NCBI RefSeq assembly: GCF_003704095.1
Contig: NW_020845097.1
Coordinates: 62,001 to 126,000 of the forward strand
Reading direction: 5' to 3'
Source: Pocillopora damicornis
Taxonomy: Eukaryota
Length of the DNA stretch: 64,000 nt
Each line of letters opens with the position of its first letter. Position 1 is the first letter of the stretch. A model generated the notes under the pieces. The model was not told where the DNA came from. It did not search any database and saw only the letters and a list, made by a program, of their open reading frames with translations. Positions 39,355 through 53,181 of the stretch are shown here, piece after piece. The position numbers and the translations under genes are program-made.

Positions 39355-39945
39355 TTCTTCCAAACACAATCGAGAGCTAAATAGCGAAGTTTTTAGACCC
39401 GTCAAACAAAACGAAACAACATTTCTGTGATCTAAAATAAATATTTATTTTAATCATCAGCTAAAATCTTGTTACAATTATTTCCTAAATTTCTACTCTC
39501 TGTTTATATAAATATTATAGATAAATAAATACAAATATTACAAAATATTTATAAATATATATTCTAAAATAAATATATTTGTAAGGCTTTTTCGTTGAAA
39601 TAAAATGAACAGTTATAACTTTTAAATAAATAAAAGACGTTAATAAATATTTAAAAATAATCGGCAATAAATACAATCTCGCATATAAACAATTTGACAA
39701 TTTTAGACTAAGTCAACAAACTATTTTAATTTAGTGGCCATGTAACAATGTTCAAATGTACCAATAATGTGGTATTGTCAGTTATTTTATATTTGAGACA
39801 AGAATGCGTGACTAATTAATTTGAAACTATTTCGAAGCATTTTTTTGGTTCCTTTTGGGAAGGAAAATAATTTTGTCTCGAATATCGAATACTTTGTAGA
39901 ATTCAATATACAAAATTAAATTATATTTCGGTAAGATATCTCAGA

Positions 39946-40353
39946 AACATTTTAATAGCAAGTTTTTCTGTTTCTCCCATAGAGAGCCATGTAAAATTAA
40001 TATTTTCAGGTAAATAAACCTTCATTTACGAAAGTGAGTTCATACGAACATTTTAATAACATCTTTTTTTCTGTTTCTCCTATAAAGAGCCTTGTAAAAT
40101 TAATATTTTCAGGTAAATAAACCTTCTTTTACGAAAATGAGTTCATATGAACATTTTAAGAACATGTTTTTCTGTTTCTCCCATAGAGAGCCTTGTAAAA
40201 TTAATATTTTCAGGTAAATAAACCTTATTTTACGAAAGTGAGTTCATATGAACACTTAAATTACATCTTTTTTTCTGTTTCTCCTTTAAAGAACCTTGTA
40301 AAATTAATATTTTCAGGTAAATATACCTTTTTTTACGAAAATGTGTTCATATG
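39946..40353. repeat. Tandem repeat, four copies of a ~101-102 bp unit
   Basis: TGTAAAATTAATATTTTCAGGTAAATA recurs at ~39990, 40093, 40194 and 40297. Confidence 0.95.
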
Positions 40354-40501
40354 ATAACAAAAAATCCAAAATTATATTCTCACGAATGGAGTAACTTCTG
40401 TTACAATATAAATACTAAATGAAATTTTTTTGCAATAAATACTTTAAATAATTTTTCTGAATTTCAAATAAATAACCTAAAGACTCTTAGCATTATTTCT
40501 G

Positions 40502-43500
40502 TTATATGGTGTATTCTATAAACTGCACTGATCTTTGCGACGAGCGCACCTTTTTCGCTGACTTTGTTCTTCCATCCCTGGTGATCGCTAGATACCACCG
40601 TTTGTTCAGTTTTGATCTGTACCGCGTGTAGCCCTTAGACGTGTGTTCCTGATGAAAGATGCAACCAAGGTCTGTCTTCACTTGATGCGACGGCTGTGAA
40701 ATAATACAAGTGTTATTAATGTCAGTACTTCAGTGGAGATGATCCTATCTGGTTTATATACATTGCCAGTTTGGGAGGTGAGTCCATATTGTGAAAGACT
40801 GACCATAGAAAACCTTTTTTCAGGTACAGTAATAGATACCTTATTCATGGCGTGACAACCACCGAACGGAAATGAAAAGTTTTGCCCTATTAATTCATCG
40901 CTTTTCTGAACAATACCGCCCTAAAGAGTTGTTTCTCTTTTTCTTTTTGGGAAAACTTCATTTCGATCTTCGTTTCATGACAGGATTCGTCTCAAACATT
41001 AGTGTGAAAATCTTGATAGCTTGCCCTTGCAACGTTGGCTAATTCCAAGGCCAGACGATATGATCTGTCTAGGCATTTTGGTATGATATTATCAGACACC
41101 GACTAATCGTTCAATCAAGGTTAAGAGACCCTGATTCAATCGATATTAAGCACCTTTTCAGGTGGTTGTCTCACGATGATTCATCGTTGTCCCTATTCAC
41201 TGATTAGTTCATTGACACTTTCTTCAGGTTAGCCTTTGAGGCGGGTGTAACTCGCTCGCAGCCCATCCCTCTCGCTTATCCATCACGTATGTACATCCGT
41301 ACGTGAACGAACGTTCTCGAACACCCCTACACCTTATTCGCATTCATTTCAAAGCTCTTGACTACACTTCTATCTGCTATCGATGTTGAAAAAACAATCC
41401 AATCGCTTGTGTGTGGGGTATGTGGTGGTTTATGATTTGCCCGTATTACTTTTCGATCTCATCCAGTCCGGTATTGATTCTCAGATCTTGTTTAATACTT
41501 CACGGGAGGCTGCGCTCCAAACACTTTCCTGTCTGCGGTTGCTCTCTCGAATGAAATTTTCTGAACAGTTAACGCGTACTCCTCAGTCTAAATGAGGCAG
41601 GGCTGTTTGAAATAAGTTGAACTTGAGAAAAAAATTTCCTGTTTTGCGTACATCCGCAATAAAAAAATGCAGTTCGCGAAGCTCATCCGGAGTTAGAAGC
41701 TCCTGAACACTAACAAGTGATTTCTTGTGTCGAGGGCACTGTCAACACGGAATCAGTAATCCGTATAAGGTAATTTACGACTGTGTAATTTCCGTGAGAA
41801 ATCCTCGCCCAGCTTGGTTGGAACACCCCATAACTGTTTCCTCGACATTGTTTCGCGCAGCATGATTTAAAATATCGCCAAATCACCCAAGTGAGTCGTG
41901 CCTGATTCTTTACGATAATACCCTTAAATGCCCCGCCACAGGAGGGTTACTTCTTAGCTTACAATACGGTTGAGACAACAAGATCCTTCACTAGACTCGC
42001 AATTACTTTATCCACTTCTCCGATTGTACAATACAACAATTCCTCTCCAGCAGAGAACTCTTGCTTGTTTCTACTGTACGACGAAGCTCTCGTTACACCA
42101 AAAATTACAGCTGATACATTTTGGTGGTCATCATTCTACGTCGGAATTAGTAAAAATTAAAACTTTAAGGACTTACTCTTGTGACCACCGATCCGCTTCT
42201 GTCCAGACAAATACAGACACTTCCATCATACGACTTCAATATAACCTGACCATGGGATCCCATAGATTCTAGCTTCATCGTAACTGCAAAACAAATGATA
42301 ATATCGTGACAACTTAGCATAGCAAATTGAATAACTATGCACGTTGATTTGAAAGTCTGCTGTTTTGTCACGCTCTTAAGAGAAAATTGCGCTGCTTAAA
42401 AAATCGCGCTCGACAGAAACGAAAGTTTGCAGATTTGGTTGGATACAGAGGAAGCACTTTTGTACAGTTAAATAAAATTCGCATCAAAAATCAATCAACT
42501 ATGGTATCAGTTATTTCATAAAAATTGGAAATTTGCAAAATTGTGTTATTAAGTGTCACTTAAAATCGGCGGCGATGTTTACATTTGCAGTCGCAGTTCA
42601 TAAAATTTCCCTTGAAATCTGGCCAAAATTCGTCCGTGCTCAACTTTGAACTGTCCATGAAATTCGATTAAGATTTTCTTTGCCCTATTATGATAGTTCA
42701 TCATCCAGACTAAGAGTTCGGCGGAAGGAGAAATCGATGGTAAAAGACTTACCGATGGGATCGTGTTTGTTTCCAATGCCGTCCACTTTATCGCGATGGA
42801 TTCGCACGAATTTCGCGCTGTTTCTGGAATACAACCTCTTGTACGTATGGATTCTGACAACATTTTGGACGTTATTTACCACATCTCCGGGATTGATTCC
42901 GCTATTTTCCAGTGCATTTGTTGCCTAGAAAAATTACGTTGAATTCAAATACATTAGACCTACCAGGGCGATGCGACTTTCGGCAAATCGTTAAGATTCG
43001 CGCTGCGGTTTCGGTGAGCTTAAGGTATAAAATTCGCAGGATATACCAGTTTGCTTTACAGAGCCTTGGATGCTATGCCGCCAAATAACAAATTAGTACA
43101 ACCGCGCTAGGTAAACATCGCGTGGGCCTCGCGCGCGGCGGGTAATTGAATTGAACGTGGGCGTTTTGTAAATTGATTTTGTGCCAATTATAAGTTCTCG
43201 CGTTCTCGCGTTCACTCGTCTTGATTCACTTAGAGTTTCAACAAAGTCGCTTAAATTGCCAAGAAAAACAAAATTCTCAAATAGCAGGACGTTGACCCCT
43301 GACACCAAAGTTTTATTATCTTCCAGCTGTGCGGACTTAACCGGCGAAATTCTTTGTGGATAAATTGCTGTCACTCTTCTTTTAAAGTCAGACTGATATT
43401 TCAGTTCAGTGGTTTTCTTGTGCCGAGAAGCAATAACAAAACTACAAAACTCTTTTAGATACGAATCTTACTGATATTGCTTAAATGACGTAAATTCTTT

Positions 43501-43986
43501 GATGGAAGTCAACTCGTTGCGGGTTTTGTTTGTAAGACGAGCGTTCAATAAAAAAAAAATAATTTGAAAAGTTCACGAACAATTAATAGGTCATCTAACT
43601 ATATTTAAAAAAACTGTGATGGGAACCGACCCTAACTTAAGGCTTAATACAACTTAAATTCAAGCTTGGAATTTTTGTTTTTTCAAACAAGGCATTTCGG
43701 GCAAACGCTGTTTAGTTGTTAAGTTAGATATGGAATTTCAATATATAAGAAACCGCCAACGATTTTGCATTGAAAGGATGATAGACATAAAAATACTTAC
43801 TGATGATGATGACTTTCTGGTGGGTTTAGCAATACATCTGCAAATTTGAACAAAGAGTACGCTTAAAATCTTGGAAGTCTTAGAAGAAGCCGGAGTCGAA
43901 GATTAAACATACAATGTCAAATTGGTTACTCACGGTGAAAGCCACAAAACAGAGAGAACCAACGCACTGAGTAGTCGCCTCGCCAT
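40502..43986 (-). CDS. Fibroblast growth factor, FGF8/17/18-like (186 aa). Exons: 43986-43934, 43837-43801, 42924-42753, 42283-42177, 40693-40502
   Basis: Phase-consistent GT-AG splicing gives a signal peptide (MARRLLSALVLSVLWLSPCIA). The FGF core follows: KRLYSRNSAKFVRI...VDGIG...KLES...GQVILK...ICLDRSG...GCIFHQE..SKGYTRYRS...WYLAITRDGR...QRSVQFI*. LYSR and Q.xVxF resemble FGF8/17/18. Confidence 0.92.
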
Positions 43987-44116
43987 TTAGATGTTGAGTT
44001 CGTACGAAATGTCACTTTCACGCGGCAACAAGTTCTTTTGTATGTCAAGGAATCCAGGAGCAATTGACCTTACAGATACGAGATATGATTAACTTGTCTC
44101 GTCTGCCGACCAGCTC

Positions 44117-44122
44117 TTTATA
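44117..44122 (-). promoter_or_regulatory. Candidate TATA box of the FGF gene
   Basis: TATAAA on the - strand ~130 bp upstream of the ATG, inside a CpG-rich stretch. Confidence 0.45.
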
Positions 44123-47100
44123 CAAACCCCGACCGGACACGCGAGCCTTTTAAACGCATTGACAGACGTCGTCAAGTGGTCGGCATTCCGAAAATTCCCG
44201 ATTTGATCCGACTATTTCCCCACAAATACTAGACAATGTACCCCGCCCTTACTTGTCAGCGAGTTACACAATGCTGACATCGGTTTTTTTAAACGATCCT
44301 GGGGAGTTTTTTAGCCCTGTATACGCGGAAAGCGCGGGTTGGGTAGGAAGACTATCCCAACAGCCAACCACAGTAACAGCTCCATAAGTGACCAATTCAA
44401 ATGGTCTTAAAATACAGAGCAGTTTAACGCAAATCCATCAATGATCTTAACATAGAAATTTTTTTTTTACCTTGGCAGCTCTCAAAAAATTTTCCGGGTT
44501 GGTTAAGACTCATTGCGATGCTGTTGACGTAAAAGAAACAAGTTTGATCAAGGTTTAAAGGAATGGATCTATATACATTTTAGCAGGAACTGCGTCGTGC
44601 AAAACTAAACAAATTTTAACAGACATGTTATGCTGAATTTATTCCCCATCCGCTCCAAATTACGAAATGGTTACAAAAATATTCTTCGAAGTCAACGCCT
44701 TTGAAGTCCAGTTTTAGCTCTTCCTTTCCAGTGGGAGAATCATATCGTTAATTGATGTCGGTACATGGAAGTTTTGGCTGGCTTTTTTTCACCTTTTACG
44801 CAAGCTATACTCCCAAGTATTATTAAAATTTACTTGGATCATTTGAGCGGAAAATTTTATGCAATAATAAAATAATTTCCAGAATTATTTGGCAAACAAA
44901 GGTAGGATTAATGTATTCTATTCTGATAAAAGAAATGCGTTTAGGGCCCGGCCTGTTCAGCATTGCTGTAACTTCACGTCACAGATTTGAAGGTGTTGCA
45001 GGGGTTTTCCCAGAGGGAGACGAAGGCCTTATATTGCAACGATTACAAAACACGATGAAAATCTATTTAAAAAGGTGATTAATTTTATTTGAATGGTGAA
45101 ATAAAGGATGTACATTAAATCATTGACTAGTAAAGAGCTTTAATTGTACAGTTCCCAGATGAAACCTTTCTAAGAAAGCTAATCAGCTTCGAGTTAGCTA
45201 TTGAGCATTTTTCGTTTAACTTCTGAAGCTTGTATGTTCGGTTTTCTGCACAGGTTGAAACCTGGCAATCATGTTCTTCATATGTCAAAATATTCTCACG
45301 GCATAAAATCACCGTTTTATTAGGATTCAACTGAATTTCCCATAAATGTTTATTTGAGAATGAGTTGCGGGAAAGACGAAATTGTTTGTCCTTACTAAAT
45401 ATTAGTAATATTATTACCTCATGAACGTCAGCTTTTTTCAATCTTATATTTGCTGCGTTGATTTTGAAAGTAAGTCTGGCCGGAATTTATTTTTAGCATT
45501 CTTTATGTTGGTTTCTCGATGAATTTGAGATAAAGACTTTTGTTTGATCATAGATAACGTCATTGAGTGGCGCAGCTTGTAATTAGATGGAAACAAACTC
45601 ACTGTCGTAAGATTAGTAGGAACAGTGCTGAAGAAGTGCATCGAAATTAATCGAAAATTGCACACAATTGCCACCTTATTTAACATTTATCGCATGCTTG
45701 GCTTAGCTCTTTATTTCTCAAGCTTCCGGTAATTTTCAATTCAAATAACGAAATGAAATATTTAAAATTTGTTTCGAAGTTTCTGTCCTGGCGATTAAAA
45801 GTGTTCCGGGGAAATGTAATTTCTTCCTTCAGATATTCTTAAGAAATGAAACTGAGAGAGAGTTCTGCTGACTCGCTTGAAAATTAATTCAACTTAAATT
45901 TTTCACGGCGCCATTGCCATTTGCCAGGAGTGTAACAAAACAAAAAAATGCCTGAGAAGCAAAACAAACCTTGCAACTTACCCAGGTATTCGTTACACGT
46001 AAGTCTTCGCCAAGTTGGAGCCTTTCCGCGTTTCCGCCTTCGCAGGAGACTCTTTGGCTGAGCAAACAAGGGCCTTTGGGTAACACCTATTGTCCGAACC
46101 ATTTGTTGACTAAGTGACAGCCGGAAACACGCTCTCAAACAACTCAATACTACTTAAATAAAATTCAAAGGTCTGCGGAGCCTGAGGAAATATTTTAGAT
46201 GAATGCGGTTTGGGTTTGTTCAGAGAGTTTGCAAATCGGTTATACATTAGCCTAAACACAATGCCGGCAACAGATCAAGACCTTCGTTCAAAACGTGTTG
46301 TAAACAAACCTCCAAACCAAATTGCCCCTCAGTTGACATTTTCAGTTGAACTTTTGAGAGTAGCACGTCGCATTTATGCCACCACAAAATTTTAAGCTCA
46401 AAAGTTTGGAGATTATAGCTCAGGAAAATCGGCAACTCGAGCTTGCCAGAGCTAATTTTTGACACCTCTTATTGAATGGAGTTACAGCGCACGTAATTTC
46501 AAGAAATTAGGGCTTAAAAATACAAATCTCTGAGGTGAAAGCATATTGTTGGCTTACAAGCTAAAAAACATTAATCAGCTCGTTTTTATGAAAGGCATTA
46601 ATAAGTATAAATACTTATACTCTTTGTGCAGTTTTCTATCTTGGATTATCTGATTATTCTCAAACGGTCGCGTGCTCGGCAACAATCAGCAATTTATCGC
46701 GACTCGTGTAACAATACAAGAGAATGAACAACACGTACAAAAAAATCTGATTCAAAAGTAAAAATATTCCCATATTAATTCTGTAGAACTAGTAGACCGA
46801 AGTATAATCTTACCTAAGCTCAACTGATCAATCTACTGTGATAAAAAATTCGAACGAAACTGTTTTGTTTGATTCAAGTCGACAGCTAAATCAGCCAAAC
46901 TCAGTGGTTTTTTAAAAGGCACTTTACTCTTTCCACGAACCTCTCTTATAGGCGGTAATAAATATGATAGGCATTTAGCATTGTTGTTGTGGCATTGGCT
47001 GAAGTTAACGCTCAAAGTCCTTGACTGAAATTTTTTTTGCCCAGACTGGGTACTTGGGTAACCGGCTAGTTAAGTTACTCCAGGAAAAATCAGCGCACAC

Positions 47101-50100
47101 AATCCACGAACCAATGGCGCGTTGATCTCATCACACTCATTGTTCTTTGCGTTATGATTCGTTGGTCAATACCATTGAGATAAACATTCACATTTTCCCA
47201 AGTAAACATTTTACGATAACAAACAACACATCCTTATAGGGAACTAGCCATGGAACGCATCGCTCTCAAAGAGACAAAATTGAAAATATCGACCGGATTC
47301 CCTCACTTAGGAAGAATTAATTCCTGGTTTCCACATTGTCGAAAAACTTGGCTTTATAAATTGTTTGAGTAGGTCATTTGAAATCTGTTAAAACTTTATT
47401 TGTCCTTCTCCCACTCCTGCCTCACAGATTCTTCTTTCTATTTGGGTGTAATTCTATAAAACAACAAAAAAATATTAATATCTACATTCCCTTAAAGTGG
47501 AAGATTATTTTTTCATGTCGTTACACTTGCATGACTCAAAATGCCGCGAAGTAATTGCATTGCATAATAATGTTTCAAGTGTGAAATATAGATCACTATT
47601 CAAAATAATTCCCCAAGACTTAAATTTCTTGGACATCAGCCCTTTTGTGATCAATTTAATCACAGAACAAGAAATCTTGAAGGAGAACAATTAAAAAAAT
47701 GCGGTTGGGGTTTGTCTATTTTGCAAGGAGAAACAACAGGCCCAAATTCCAGTTAAGAACTCAATGCAGATTTTGCCAACAGTGTTACTAGACTACGACA
47801 GTAATTAAATTACTCTTAAATCCCCAAAGGATTAATTGACGTCAATTAAAAAAATAATTCTTGTTAATTACTTGTATGAGCCACCAAACTAGGAAAAAAT
47901 GGGAAATATGAAAGGAAAGAACACACAAATTAGGATTAACACTGTTAAAATTGAGATTTTCTCTTCAGCTCTAGATGAATTTATCCACGAAATCGACACG
48001 AACTCAACTGATTGACACCGACTTCATAAGTTACTTTTCGCCTTACGTAGTAATGTCAATTTTCAGTTCCTCTTTTGCGTCAGCCGAGATTAGCTATTGC
48101 TAGTGTATAATTACGAATCACGTATATTGTAAATGAACTGCTTTTGGAACAGAAACGTCGATATGTGTTCCAAGTTGGGCCCACGCACCCGCCCTTTCAG
48201 TTCCTTCTCAAAGATTTTAATCTAGAAATCTGCGTTGAGGACCTGCATATACGTGATGGAAATTTATTTACCGCTCAAACTTTCAACACTGATATTAGTG
48301 ATAAGAGAGAGATGTCTAATTCGGAAATGATTGCACGATGTAAAATTGCAAGACCCGCCAAAATAAACTGAGATCTTTTATCATACGTGTTTGTTTAAAT
48401 ATAGTTAATTGGAAATTGTTCAATTTTGTCAGCGGGGGACGATATTGTAGGCTAAACTGTCCAAAGTAAAAACAAAATCGCGATGTCATTACAGGCTGTT
48501 CGAGTGATTGATATAACAGCCTAAGGATTGATATTATAGGTCGTTATCGTTTCTTGGATTTAGCCGGGTTTACGTTAGGTCGATGATATCATAACATTGT
48601 TAATCTGCCGCAATTTTGATTTAAGCCTTTCCAGCAACTTTTCTATTTTACTTCCTTTCCGTTCGGAAGTTGCGCACTTGTCGAACAAACACGTAAACCA
48701 AAATTTATATAAAGAATTAGACAACAAGCAATAAATAATTTACGCTTGGTCATGTTCGAAAATGATCTACGGAAAAATGAACAATTTAATATGTACGTCA
48801 TAAATGACTTAAATGACGTTTCACTGAGTTTCCGAAAACCTTACAGTATTGACACAGACAAAACAACTAATCCCTGAACAACTACTCTGAAAAATATTTC
48901 ATTTTTCTCTTTAGTGCGGAATTGTACAGTTACCATTGTAGGTCTCTTTGATGATAAATGCAAGGAGACGGAAGGCTTTTCCAAAGAGTTAGACACCTCA
49001 AACTTACCAGCTTTACAAATTTGCGGTTACGGAAAAACGCGGAAAAAATACATCGCGCTCGAACGCAAAACTTGCGGTTGCCTAATTTGGTCTGTAGTCT
49101 TAAAGATAACTGTAAGAAATTTGGGCCGATTTAAAATAGATATAGGCCTTTAGGACAAGTTTTAAGAGGGCTCTACAAAGAGTGCTTTACAGGAATACAC
49201 GAAACATAACGGACTTTGCGAAGGCCCCCAAATAACGAAAGCTTTTAAATTGTACTGATTTAATTAACTACTGAGTGCGCAAGAAAACAACAACAAAAAA
49301 ATCGGTTTTGATTGAATTCGATCTAAGCTACATTTCCTTCTCAGTTTAGGGCTGATATTTAACGACGAGCAGCCTTAAGATGTCTCGTCATTAGTGATGG
49401 TTTTACGTACTTGTCTGTTAGCTCACCGAAATTATATTTATTGAGTCAAGTCAAACATCTATTTTGCAGTCTTTAGAAATATTGTAGCACCTAGTGGTTT
49501 CAGTGAAGTTTCAGCTCCATATTTTCTCCGCCTTAATTGAATATTTGCAATATTTCAGTTAAAACAACCGGTTGAAAAAGATTCAATCTATTGATATGCG
49601 CCCAGTAAGTCTTTAGAATTTGAGTTGAAATGGTTTAATCTCGTAAAACGTTTCTAATATTTTCCAAGACCTCGATGATTCGGGCATTAATTCAGCGTCT
49701 CCAAAAAATTTCAGTCAAACTGCACCCAGGAATTTTAAGATAGGGGTATCAAAATCTCGTTTTGTTTCTCTATTTCTTCTTCTTTTGTTGTTGTTGTTGT
49801 TTATTTAAAGAAGCCGTCGTCGAGTCCTAAGCAGTTCTTGCATTTCATCGCTTAGGTCCGCATCGAAGAAAGCTTCAGAGAGAAACGTGTGAGCTAGAAA
49901 TTACCACAATTTCTCTTCACTTCGTAACGTGATCTACATACACAAAAGGCATTGTTTTTCTGAATCTCTTTCAACCATGATTCTTACTGTTAACCATAAA
50001 TCTAAAAGCAACGTTGAACTGTGACTTATAACGGTGACTTAGAATGCAGATGATCTTTAAAGTTTCTCATACATGGAACACAAGCTGGCGGATGTTATGT

Positions 50101-53100
50101 AACATCAATTAGCTATTGACTAATATTTACTATATAGATACTAGCGGTGAGCGAAAAGGTGGATCCTTTAAAAGTAGTTTCTGGTAAAACTGGCCAAAGG
50201 TAATTCACTGGAACTAGAGTGACTAGAGTCTAGAACTGTTTACTATTCCCAACAATGCTTATACACTCGCGTGCGTTTATTTCTAGAGAATTCCCTCACT
50301 CGTTATGTAACACTGGAAGAGGGATGTTTGCAAGCTTCGGCTACATTCACGACAAGAGAGTTTTGTCCCATTTCCTTTTTTAGTTAATAAGATCTTCGAA
50401 CATTTCTCTCTAAAATAAGTTCTGATACTAAAACGGCACGGATTGGAATTACGATCATTTTTATGGCTTATCCGGCGTCTATAAAACAAAAATGATAAGT
50501 TCAATTTAGATGGGAATGAGAGAAAGTCGTAAAACTGTAGACGTGAAAGCTAATTATTTTGTCTAATTAAGGTTTTTGGTGCGTACTTTACACCTTAAAT
50601 AGAAAAAGCTTGTTATAAGCTGTTTAGAGGGAAAAGACACCTCCAGGGACATGAATAGTATTTCTTGTATTTTTTACGTTGTCAACAGCCTACCAAATAA
50701 GGATAAAAAATCTCACAGATAGAAAATATCGCCCGTTTTTATTGCGTGTTTATATGTCTCATCCAAGAGGAATTTAATCAACATAAGTATCATAAAAACA
50801 ATGAATTTTTTATTCCTCCATTCGAATATTTCTTTGTTACTACATTCCACTGGTATTTCAAAAGAATACGGGTTGATATTGGTCAGTCGTCAAAAGCTTT
50901 TTTCAAACTTCATTCGAACCACACCACGTTCCAAGGTTCACAAGGTTGGCTTAGAAGTTCAGGCAAATTTCTGGAACTACGAAAGTTCTCGCAAACTGAA
51001 TTTTGGGATTTTTGACGAGAACGGAAACGAAAAAAGTGGTTGCGAAATCGTAGCATATCTCAAACAGGTTTTGATACGATATACTTGAAACGCACACTCC
51101 AAAATAGAAGACAACACCACGTGTATCGAGGAAGTCAGATTGAAACCGATCGCCCAGGGGATAATATTGATCCCCGCACTGCGCTAACTAGACAAATCCA
51201 ATATCATTTCTTTCATTCGGTGAAAGAAATATATCTTCATTTCACACGTTTACTATAAGTGAATCGTTGTAAACAAAGTCGCTTTAATTATAAGCTTTGT
51301 CATACCTCTGCTGACGTACGCAAGCCTTTCAAGTAGACCGGTTTTTTTCCGCCGGCCAAGTAAAGATGTGCGTTTGTGGTTTCTACCGAAATTGTCCTGT
51401 CTTTGATGGCGATAACCTGATAATACCTTCGCTTACTCTGGCGGCAAGTTAAATAAGTTCAGGCGGCTTACGGTGGACATCACAAAAAGGGAATTTTTTT
51501 TCTTTGTAAGCACATGTGATGAGCAAGCCAACATTTCATTGATACACACGCGTTTGTCGGTATCGGTTTGTTTCATATTCTACGCTCTCTTCTCTAAGTT
51601 AAGCTTGCCACGTGTTTACAAAGTAGTCTTTGTTGTCTAGATTGTTACAATGCGCGCAACAACTTTGTTAATGAGTAGACAATAATGCGGTAAAAAGAGA
51701 GCAAGAGAAAAAGTAGAATTGTCGGCGTCTTACAATTTTGGCCAAAATCAAACATCGCTGGCAAAAACTGTCATGTAAATAGCGCAAGATTTGAATTAAC
51801 CGTCTTCAATTTAACTAACATTCCTGTTTGTCCTGATCTCTGGGCACTTTTATCCATAAGTAATTCTAATGTAAAAAAGAAACGGATTTTTTCCGAGCTA
51901 AAAAAAGTAGTTCGACCTTTTGTCAACATACAAAAAATTGTATTAATTAACTTATAATTCCTTCATTAGAATTCTACCCAACTGGCTCTTAAAAGTGCAC
52001 AGGTGGATTGCATTGAATAGTTGCTTGAGAGAGCTTTGTCTCCACGTAAAGTCTGGGATCAATTTTAATTTTCAGGATCTCTAGACAAAATTTGAGTTTA
52101 TCCTTACTTAAGTTCTTTCAGTGACCCTTCTCCCCTTTTTTTGTTTTGTTTTAATTCAAATATACTTTCTGTGTTTTTCACTCAGGAGGCAAACACACGT
52201 TTTTTTTGTTGTTTAGAGTACGAGGGTCAACTCAACACAATGAACAACAAAAGTGTAATTTTCCAATGTTGTAATTCTAAACGTAAAAAAGTGACACTGA
52301 TATAGTAGAGACAATTCAGGTCAGTGTCGGGGGTTTTTGAGCTTGTCTGAATACAAACTAAATTGCATTGCATCGAAATTAATGTTATGGCAATAAACAG
52401 GACACTTTGTAACATGTATCTCTTTTATCCTCTGTGGCTCATTCTCTCCTGCCGAGATTCTCTCATTCTCTCTTCAAGTTATAAAGTTCTACGTGTTCTG
52501 TTTACCTGAGATAGGACTTAAAAAAAAAACGTACAGCAAATATGTATAAATTGAGACACTTAGTCTAACGAGAGAAAAAGAACGGGTTAGAAGCTCACAG
52601 TTGGTAAAATCAGCTTTCGCGAAAAAGATAAGATAAACAGATAAAAAAATTAAAAAACCAACTCGATAAAAACTTAACTAAAAATATTGTTTGAATTGTA
52701 TATTCAAGACAATAATATCCCCTAACTGCCAGACACAATAATCCCAACAAGCGAAATTAAGAATAAAAAAAAAAAAAAGGCGTTTAGTTGTTAATCACGT
52801 TATAAAGAAATCGTAGAAAAATTCATAAGTCGAATTTTTTTAGTAATGAGTGGATCCAGACATGCCTCATTGTCAGAATCCGAGATTGAAACAACAAAAA
52901 AAAAAGACCTGGTTTGTTGCAACCGATGTGGCTCTCGTCAAATCAATAGAAGATGACAGAATGGAAACTTAGCTACTTTGATTGTTTAAGTTGGATGAGA
53001 CAAACACATTACAATAAAATTGCTATAATAAAACATCCTAAACCAGACAGTATTGTCACAACTCGTGCCTTAAAAATAAAAGCGCAAAGGCAGAACCTTA

Positions 53101-53107
53101 TTGAATG

Positions 53108-53115
53108 TATATAAA
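53108..53115 (+). promoter_or_regulatory. Candidate TATA box of the Pinhead-like gene
   Basis: TATATAAA ~70 bp upstream of ATG 53182. Confidence 0.55.
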
Positions 53116-53181
53116 TACGGTAAAGAGTAATAAACGAAGCTATTCTGTGCTTGAAAACGATCGCAAACGTTCACAGCAGAA

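Noticed and set aside
39946-40353. CRISPR-like array
   Set aside because: The whole unit repeats with no unique spacers, the context is eukaryotic and there are no cas genes.
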